Below are positions 30,135 to 35,854 of a stretch of 53,696 nucleotides of DNA, in pieces. Position 1 is the stretch's first letter, and each line of letters starts with the position of its first letter. Under the pieces are notes generated by a model, which saw nothing but the letters and a program-made list of their open reading frames with translations, ran no database searches and was not told the DNA's origin. The DNA is from Terriglobales bacterium. Lineage in GTDB: Bacteria; Acidobacteriota; Terriglobia; Terriglobales; Acidobacteriaceae. The translations under genes and the position numbers were made by a program. The DNA lies in the NCBI GenBank assembly GCA_025927695.1, contig JAICLA010000001.1, positions 1-53,696 of the forward strand, written 5' to 3'.

Positions 30135-30871
30135 ATATGATCCGAAATATTTCTTTCTTTCTCACCTACACTATAGTGCAGGCTTCATTCGCGATCGCCC
30201 AGGTTTCCAACGACCCGGCCGTCAGTTTCAAGATCAAGCCGTTGCATCCGGTCGCAGAGCTGCGAGCGGAAGCGCTCAAAGACACCCCGCCACAAGAGTC
30301 CGGAGATTTTCTTCCCACCGATCTTGTGGAATTAATCAAGCTTGATCCCACCATCAAGACAGAGATCCGCTATGCCACCACGAACAACTTCATGGGAACG
30401 CCGATGTACACCGAAGCGCGCGCATTTCTGCAGCGTCCGGCGGCGGAGGCCGTAGTGCGCGCCAACAAGAAGTTGCACGAGCTTGGTTATGGCCTGCTGA
30501 TCCATGACGGATATCGCCCGTGGTACGTGACCAAAATGTTCTGGGACGCGACGCCTCCCGAAGACCACATCTTTGTCGCCAATCCCGCGGAAGGTTCCAA
30601 GCACAACCGCGGATGCGCGGTTGATCTCACGATGTATGACCTCAAGACCGGCAAAGCGGTTTCCATGCCCAGCGGATATGACGAGATGTCGCCGCGCGCG
30701 TACTCGGACTACGCGGGCGGAACTCCGGAAGAGAACGAGCATCGCGCGATCTTGAAAAAAGCCATGGAAGATGAAGGCTTCCACCAGATTCCCAAAGAGT
30801 GGTGGCACTTTGATTACAAAGACTGGAAGCGCTATCGCATCGGCAACGTAGATTTTAAGGACATTAAGTAG
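30131..30871 (+). CDS. D-alanyl-D-alanine dipeptidase, VanX/DdpX family (M15D), with signal peptide
   Basis: 246 aa containing HDGYRPW, SKHNRGCAVDL (H-x6-D zinc ligands) and EWWHFD. The N-terminus is hydrophobic (ISFFLTYTIVQASFAIAQ). The ATGA start overlaps the previous stop. Confidence 0.85.
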   Translation: MNMIRNISFFLTYTIVQASFAIAQVSNDPAVSFKIKPLHPVAELRAEALKDTPPQESGDFLPTDLVELIKLDPTIKTEIRYATTNNFMGTPMYTEARAFLQRPAAEAVVRANKKLHELGYGLLIHDGYRPWYVTKMFWDATPPEDHIFVANPAEGSKHNRGCAVDLTMYDLKTGKAVSMPSGYDEMSPRAYSDYAGGTPEENEHRAILKKAMEDEGFHQIPKEWWHFDYKDWKRYRIGNVDFKDIK

Positions 30872-30905
30872 CGCAGCGATCAGCGGTCAGCATTCAGCAT
30901 TCAGT
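30871..30905 (+). repeat. 7-bp periodic tract (NNTCAGC x5) directly after the VanX-like stop codon
   Basis: Reads gcgcagc gatcagc ggtcagc attcagc attcagt. Confidence 0.85.
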
Positions 30906-30912
30906 CTGCAAC

Positions 30913-30947
30913 TTGTCATCCTGAGCCGTTCTTTTGGCGAAGGATCC
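30913..30947 (+). repeat. REP-like intergenic element, copy 1 (TTGTCATCCTGAGC...GGCGAAGGATCC)
   Basis: It shares both termini with copies at 32334-32379 and 35738-35764, which lie in the opposite orientation. Confidence 0.7.
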
Positions 30948-31000
30948 TTATTGCTCTGTATTCAATCCACAGACGCTCCAAACTAACTACTAACTACTAG

Positions 31001-31282
31001 CTACCTCACTTCCACACCCTTCCAAAACGCGACACGACCCTTGATCTCCTCGGCCGCAGATTTCGGGTTGGGGTAGTACCAAGCGGCGTTGGCGTTGGTC
31101 TGGCCATTCACCACCACGTTGTAGTAATGCGCGGTGCCTTTCCAAGGACAGATGCTTGTGTGCGAGCTGTCTGTGAAGTGCTCACGCTTTATGGCGTCGG
31201 CAGGGAAGTACTGATTGCCTTCAAGTTGTACACACGCATTGCTATCTGCGAGCGTTGCACCATTCCAAGTGGCCTTCGGCAT
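31001..31282 (-). CDS. DUF427 domain protein
   Basis: ORF 31001-31357. ATG 31282 is preceded by AAGGAG and gives MPKATWNGATLADS... The conserved string CPWKGTAHYYN is present. Confidence 0.8.
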   Translation of the reverse strand: MPKATWNGATLADSNACVQLEGNQYFPADAIKREHFTDSSHTSICPWKGTAHYYNVVVNGQTNANAAWYYPNPKSAAEEIKGRVAFWKGVEVR

Positions 31283-31301
31283 TAAGCACTCCTTTGTGTT
31301 A

Positions 31302-31330
31302 CTTCGTGAAACCCTTCGTGATACTTCGTG
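31302..31330 (-). repeat. three CACGAAG motifs (CTTCGTG on + strand) in the DUF427 upstream spacer
   Basis: cttcgtg occurs at 31302, 31314 and 31324. A related CACGAAGG occurs at 35689-35696, and a CACAAAGA-type tandem at 38818-38841. Confidence 0.7.
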
Positions 31331-31350
31331 TGAAACGCTTTTAAATTTAA

Positions 31351-31378
31351 CTGACACCTGACTGCTGACGACTAACTA
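31351..31378 (+). repeat. 7-bp periodic tract (CTGACNN x3-4) abutting the regulator stop codon
   Basis: Reads ctgacac ctgactg ctgacga ctaacta. The last unit contains the stop codon of the minus-strand gene ending at 31372. Confidence 0.8.
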
Positions 31379-32220
31379 TTGCCGTACGCCATTCTGATAA
31401 GCGTTCTCTGCGAGAACGGCAGATACAACAGTGCCGCCATTGCCGCCAACGCGAGTCCGGCGCCAATCGTGTACACCATCAGGAACGGAGCAAGCGCCCA
31501 AAGAAAATCTGCGATCACTATCGCGGGAAAGATGCGGGCGAATTTAACGCCGAGACCTTTGTAATCGAAGGCAACCGAGGACAGCAGGTAGAGCCGAGTG
31601 GGAATGCCGAGCACGGCCGTCAACACTACCACTACAAAAATAAATTGCGCAGACCCGGCGGAATAGATCTCAAGCACGCGGTGAATGCGCTCGATCTTGA
31701 ACAGTGCGGCGATATAGAAGATCAGGTACATGATCTGCACCAGGCCGAAGATGGATCGCAGTATACCGCGGGCGGCGCTGGGAAGCTGGTTGATGTCAGG
31801 ATCGGGTGGTGGTTCGGTTACTGCTTGATCCGGAGCATTGTCTAACTTCTCTGCGGGAACCGTGGGCGCCAATGCTTGGTTCGATCCGTTCACTGCCTCG
31901 ACCAGGGCAATGAATCTGTAGCCGCGCTTGGGAACGGTCTCAACGTAATGTGGACTGCTCGCCGAGTCGCCGAGTACTTCGCGAATCTTGTTGATCGCGG
32001 TGTTGAGGCTGTGGTCGAAATCGACGAAGGTGTCAGCAGGCCAAACCTCGGCGCGCAAGTCCTCGCGGGTCACGGTCTCGCCCGCGCGTTTTAACAGAAT
32101 GGCTAGTACTTGAAACGGTTGGTCCTGCAGCTTCTGCCGGACGCCGCGCCTGCGCAGTTCCAGCTCGCGTAGGTCGGCCTCGAAGGGACCGAAGCGGAGC
32201 GTGTTGTTGGGCTGAGCCAT
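31372..32220 (-). CDS. CadC/ToxR-like membrane-anchored winged-helix (OmpR/PhoB-type) transcriptional regulator
   Basis: 282 aa. The N-terminal region FGPFEADLRELELRRRG...LQDQPFQVLAILLKRAGETVTREDL...VETVPKRGYRF is an OmpR/PhoB-type DNA-binding domain. The C-terminal half has about 4 TM helices. There is no receiver domain. Confidence 0.8.
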   Translation of the reverse strand: MAQPNNTLRFGPFEADLRELELRRRGVRQKLQDQPFQVLAILLKRAGETVTREDLRAEVWPADTFVDFDHSLNTAINKIREVLGDSASSPHYVETVPKRGYRFIALVEAVNGSNQALAPTVPAEKLDNAPDQAVTEPPPDPDINQLPSAARGILRSIFGLVQIMYLIFYIAALFKIERIHRVLEIYSAGSAQFIFVVVVLTAVLGIPTRLYLLSSVAFDYKGLGVKFARIFPAIVIADFLWALAPFLMVYTIGAGLALAAMAALLYLPFSQRTLIRMAYGNS

Positions 32221-32333
32221 CCGCCATCTCGCTCCTACGGAGCTCCTACTATTTTACAAGTCGTCGAGGCTACCGATATCGGTTCCTCTGGAGCCGATGA
32301 CGGCATCCTCGGGTGCATCGCCAAATGCATAGA

Positions 32334-32379
32334 CCCTTCGACTCCGCAGCAAAAGGCGCTGATCCGCTCAGGGTGACAG
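32334..32379 (-). repeat. REP-like intergenic element, copy 2
   Basis: The minus strand reads CTGTCACCCTGAGCGGATCAGCGCCTTTTGCTGCGGAGTCGAAGGG. Confidence 0.6.
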
Positions 32380-32410
32380 TTCGTTTTGTGATGGTACGAG
32401 TTTCGATATT

Positions 32411-32459
32411 GCTAATGAAAACCCCACCTTAATCGCCAAAGGCAGGCGATGAAGGTGGG
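32411..32459 (-). terminator. intrinsic terminator of the OmpA-family gene (after the second, not the first, stop)
   Basis: Outer stem CCCACCTT (32423-32430) / AAGGTGGG (32452-32459). Inner stem ATCGCC (32432-32437) / GGCGAT (32445-32450). On the minus strand the stem is followed by GTTTTCATT. Confidence 0.7.
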
Positions 32460-32486
32460 ACATGCATGGATAGTGAGAGTTTTTAT

Positions 32487-32693
32487 CTATTTGGGATTTG
32501 GGTTCGTACTGGTCGCTGGCTGGGTTGAGACGGTTCCGATCTGAGTGCCGATCACTTCGCCTGAGACCACGATCTCAACGCGACGGTTCTGCTGGCGGCC
32601 CTTCGCTGTCGAATTGTCGGCGATGGGATCGCTTTTGCCGAAGCCTTGGGCGCTGAGTGCGTCGGCGGAGAGGCCCTGCTGGATGAGATATTT
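32487..32693 (-). pseudogene. in-frame continuation of the OmpA-like domain beyond an internal TAG (68 codons plus stop)
   Basis: Same frame as ORF 32694-34172. It translates to [68 protein letters not shown] and carries the conserved NRRVEI end of the OmpA_C domain. Confidence 0.8.
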
Positions 32694-34172
32694 CTAAACC
32701 GAGGTGGCGCGTTGTTCGGAAAGGCGTTGGTTGTAGGCGTCACTCCCGACTGAATCGGTGTGACCTTCTACTGCCAACTTCAAGCCCGGATAGGCGAGCA
32801 CGATGCCGGAGAGTTTTGCCAGCTTCTCGCGAGCGGGTGAACGCAGCGTGTACTTGCCGGTGTCGAAGAGAACGTCTGACATGTTCACAACCAGGCCACG
32901 GGCTGTATCGCGAGTCTCAAGGATGGTGTTGAACTGCTGAAGGAGTCTCGCGCGAAGCTCTTCTTTATCGCGTTCGGCTTGCTGACGTTGCTGGTCAGCC
33001 TGCGCACGAGCTTGCTCGGCTTGTTGCCGGGCTTGGTCAGCCTGCATGCGAGCTTGTTCGGCGGCTTGTGCGTTGGCTTGAGCTTGCTGCTGTTGCTGAA
33101 GAGCGGCTTGGCGAGCGGCTTCAGCATCGGCCTGAGCTTTGGCGGCGCGGTCAGCATCAGCTTGGGCTTGTTCGCTACGACGGCGAGCTTCTTCAGCCTG
33201 TTGCTCAGCAGCTTGGCGACGGGCAGCTTCGTCAGATGCTTGCTGTTCGGCGGCAGCTTGGCGGTCAGCAGCAGCTTTGCGTTCTGCCTGCAGGCGAGCA
33301 TCGCCGATGCGGCGGATGGTGAGCACGCGCGCGTCTTCCGCAGCTTGTACAGCTTCACGCGCGACGGTACTAATGGGCTTCGCTTCAGGTTTGCGGCGGG
33401 CTTGATAGTCCTCAGCTTGCGTGAGCAGGGCAGTGGCTTTGTTGAAGCTCTCTGTGGCGTAGCGGTCAGCGTTCTCTGCTTGTGCGATGCGGACGGCATT
33501 TCGCGCCTGGATCAAGTACGGCGGCAGCTTGGGATCGATCATTGGGGGAGCCCAGGAGCGCGAGTCAGGCGGAATGTAAGCGTTGCGGCCGATGAGTTCG
33601 TAATGAGCATCGATCCATTCGCTGGCACCGATGGTGTCAGGGCGGATCTGGTTTTCCATCACGACGACGTCACTGGGCTCTGTGACGGCGAAATAAGGCT
33701 CGGCGGTGACGATGAGGCCGAAAGCCTGAAGATCAGTAGTGACACTGAGCTTGCGGTTGTCGCCGGGAAGGAACTCGCCGAGATTGTCTGCGCGGCCTTC
33801 CGGCGTGATAGCCCAGAGAACATAAGTAAGGTACTCACGGCCGAAGGTCTGCGGCGAATCGAGATGCTTCACGCTTGCGTCAATGCCGATGCGCCCGGAG
33901 TGAACCTCAACCCGCGCCTCTCCTTTAGCTTGAGGCATCAAGTCAGTTCCGGAGAGGTCAACTTTGGTGCCACCGGAATGGTAGTGGTAGTTCACGGCCT
34001 TGGTGGTGCGTCCCGTCACGTTCACTTTGAACGTGGGGATCTGGTCCATGGGCGTGACGTCTTGATTCTGATTCTGTGACGCCGGCGGTTGCGCGAGGGG
34101 CGCGGGCGTGTCTTGTGCGTAGAGCATTGAGCAAGCAAGCAGTGGGAGTAGAGAGAGCAACAGCTTTTTCAC
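32694..34172 (-). CDS. OmpA-family protein (beta-rich N-domain, DUF4398-like helix, Q/A/R coiled coil, OmpA_C domain) ending at an internal TAG
   Basis: 492 aa with signal peptide MKKLLLSLLPLLACSMLYAQ and a long AEQQA/RQQAEQ coiled-coil region. The OmpA_C start is ...NMSDVLFDTGKYTLRSPAREKL...VEGHTDSVGSDAYNQRLSEQRATSV, followed by TAG at 32694-32696. Confidence 0.8.
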   Translation of the reverse strand: MKKLLLSLLPLLACSMLYAQDTPAPLAQPPASQNQNQDVTPMDQIPTFKVNVTGRTTKAVNYHYHSGGTKVDLSGTDLMPQAKGEARVEVHSGRIGIDASVKHLDSPQTFGREYLTYVLWAITPEGRADNLGEFLPGDNRKLSVTTDLQAFGLIVTAEPYFAVTEPSDVVVMENQIRPDTIGASEWIDAHYELIGRNAYIPPDSRSWAPPMIDPKLPPYLIQARNAVRIAQAENADRYATESFNKATALLTQAEDYQARRKPEAKPISTVAREAVQAAEDARVLTIRRIGDARLQAERKAAADRQAAAEQQASDEAARRQAAEQQAEEARRRSEQAQADADRAAKAQADAEAARQAALQQQQQAQANAQAAEQARMQADQARQQAEQARAQADQQRQQAERDKEELRARLLQQFNTILETRDTARGLVVNMSDVLFDTGKYTLRSPAREKLAKLSGIVLAYPGLKLAVEGHTDSVGSDAYNQRLSEQRATSV

Positions 34173-34268
34173 GGAAGTCTCCTCCGTTTGATTTTTGAGG
34201 CAGTGATGCAGGGTTTCCCGTGTTGTTGGAGTGCGGTAGCAGTGGTGCCGGTTGTATGGCGCGCGATG

Positions 34269-34274
34269 TAGAAT
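34269..34274 (+). promoter_or_regulatory. candidate -10 box TAGAAT ending 6 nt before the Hfq-like ATG (possible leaderless mRNA)
   Basis: tagaat lies at 34269-34274 and the ATG at 34281. There is no Shine-Dalgarno sequence in between. The -35 region is weak. Confidence 0.3.
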
Positions 34275-34280
34275 GAGCGC

Positions 34281-34553
34281 ATGCCCTTCCGCAATCCTCT
34301 TACTGTTAAGAAGACGAAGACGCCTCCGCCGAATGAGACAGGCGAAGAGGCGGTTTACCTCAAGTCCCTAAGCGAACGGCAGACACCGGTATCTGTGAAA
34401 CTGACAGGCGGTGAAGTTGTACGCGGCTGGATCGAATATTTTGACCAAGCCATGATCCGCCTTACGCGCGAAGGCGCACCGAACCTCTTTATCTATAAGC
34501 ACGACATTATCTCTATTGCCGAAGAGGGCGGCGGACGGGGACGCAACAGCTGA
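34281..34553 (+). CDS. hfq: Hfq-like Sm-fold RNA-binding protein
   Basis: 90 aa. PVSVKLTGGEVVRGWIEYFDQAMIRL is Sm1-like, and LFIYKHDIISI matches the Sm2 [YF]KHA[IV]S pattern. An N-terminal extension of about 28 aa is present. Confidence 0.6.
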   Translation: MPFRNPLTVKKTKTPPPNETGEEAVYLKSLSERQTPVSVKLTGGEVVRGWIEYFDQAMIRLTREGAPNLFIYKHDIISIAEEGGGRGRNS

Positions 34554-35404
34554 TGTCCGCTAAGTCGGCCGCTCCTGACGTCGCGAAGATCCAGGCGATC
34601 GCCCGCGAGGCAGGCGCGCTGCTGATGAGCCACTTCGGCAAGGTGGAGATCGAGTACAAGGGCGAAGTAGACCTTGTCACGGTTGCTGACCGCGAGACGG
34701 AAAAGCTGATCGTGGAGCGTATCCGCGGGCTCTGGCCGAAGCATGACATCACCGGCGAAGAGGGAACGCGGACGAGTTCCGGCAGCGATTACCGCTGGTA
34801 TATCGATCCGCTGGATGGGACGACGAACTTCGCGCACGGGTATCCGGTGTTTTGCGTGTCCATCGCGGTGGAGGATGTGAAGGCGGGCGAACGCGTGGCC
34901 GGAGTTGTGTATGACCCGACGCGCGATGAGTTGTTCAGCGCGGAAAAGGGCAGCGGCGCGGAGCTGAATGGAAAGAAGATCCGCGTGTCAAAGACGCCGA
35001 AGCTGTCAGAAGCATTAGTCGCCACCGGCTTCCCGAGTTTCAAGCGGCACAAGAATCCGAACATCCACTTCTATCACCAGCTGACGCTGCGGAGTCATGG
35101 TGTGCGGCGCGCTGGTTCCGCCGCAATGGACTTGGCGTATACCGCTTGCGGGCGCTATGACGCTTACTGGGAATTCAACCTGAATCCGTGGGACACCGCG
35201 GCGGGTGTGTTGCTGGTGCAAGAAGCCGGCGGTCGCGTGACGGGATTCTGGGACGATCCATTTGATATTGCGAGTAAGGAAGTAGCAGCATCTAATTCGG
35301 TGTTGCATCCTGAATTGTTAAAAGAGATGCAAGCGGTATTTGAGGGGCGCGGATTGGAAGAATTGGCGGACCCGGTCGAGTACTCGCGGACTAGACGTTA
35401 TTGA
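34553..35404 (+). CDS. suhB: inositol monophosphatase family protein (SuhB-like)
   Basis: 283 aa with WYIDPLDGTTNF and the WDTAAG motif. The start shares one nucleotide with the previous stop (TGATG). Confidence 0.85.
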   Translation: MSAKSAAPDVAKIQAIAREAGALLMSHFGKVEIEYKGEVDLVTVADRETEKLIVERIRGLWPKHDITGEEGTRTSSGSDYRWYIDPLDGTTNFAHGYPVFCVSIAVEDVKAGERVAGVVYDPTRDELFSAEKGSGAELNGKKIRVSKTPKLSEALVATGFPSFKRHKNPNIHFYHQLTLRSHGVRRAGSAAMDLAYTACGRYDAYWEFNLNPWDTAAGVLLVQEAGGRVTGFWDDPFDIASKEVAASNSVLHPELLKEMQAVFEGRGLEELADPVEYSRTRRY

Positions 35405-35416
35405 TGGGGCGAAGCG

Positions 35417-35662
35417 ATGGCGCGCGGTTTTGATAGCAAGAGCGTTGAAGAGCAACAGAGCATGGCTTTGGCGGAAAAAGCCAAGAAGCCTAAAGAGACA
35501 TTGAGCCCGGAACAACAGGCAGCGAAACGCGAGCGCGCCAATCTGGAGTTGCAGAAGAAAAAACTGCAAGGCGATCTGGCGTCCGCGACTAACGAGCGGC
35601 ATAAGGCGATGATCGAGGCGGCGCTGAAGGATGTGGAAGGGAAGCTAGCATCGAGCAGCTAG
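35417..35662 (+). CDS. small charged coiled-coil protein, unknown function
   Basis: 81 aa, K/E/A-rich (…LSPEQQAAKRERANLELQKKKLQGDL…). It begins 12 nt after suhB. I recognise no family. Confidence 0.45.
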   Translation: MARGFDSKSVEEQQSMALAEKAKKPKETLSPEQQAAKRERANLELQKKKLQGDLASATNERHKAMIEAALKDVEGKLASSS

Positions 35663-35737
35663 CGCCGAGCATCGAGTGGAAGGCTTCACACGAAGGTGGC
35701 ACGGAGGGCTTGTGCGAAGATTTTGCAGAAGAATAGG

Positions 35738-35764
35738 GGTCCTTCGCTGCGCTCAGGATGACAA
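35738..35764 (-). repeat. REP-like intergenic element, copy 3 (short form)
   Basis: The minus strand reads TTGTCATCCTGAGCGCAGCGAAGGACC. Confidence 0.7.
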
Positions 35765-35854
35765 ATCGTAAGCTGTCGGTTGTGCGCGCGAGTCGCTCTC
35801 GAAGATTGAGACTGACAAGTGCCCGGTGATGTGCATTCTTGATAAAATCTAGGG

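Noticed and set aside
30871-31378. Short periodic repeats considered as a degenerate CRISPR array or minisatellite.
   Set aside because: The units are 7-8 bp with no spacers of unique sequence and no cas genes. They are low-complexity tracts, not CRISPR.
32694-32696. TAG decoded as pyrrolysine.
   Set aside because: No pyl genes or PYLIS-like context are visible in the window, and the lineage is not one I know to use Pyl. A nonsense mutation, a sequencing error or generic read-through are far more likely.
32885-34079. 366-aa (+) and 204-aa (-) ORFs overlapping the OmpA-family gene.
   Set aside because: They are generated by the repetitive GC-rich Q/A/R coiled-coil coding tract, which stays open in several frames. 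The translations are low-complexity (L/S/G-rich or K/L/P-rich), whereas the OmpA frame has a signal peptide and domain motifs.
35697-35715. Sigma-54-like TGGCAC upstream of the aconitase-family gene (TGGCACGGAGGGCTTGTGC).
   Set aside because: The GC element is not at the required GG-N10-GC spacing, because TTGC is displaced. The same problem applies to TGGCCC...CGCA near 42797.
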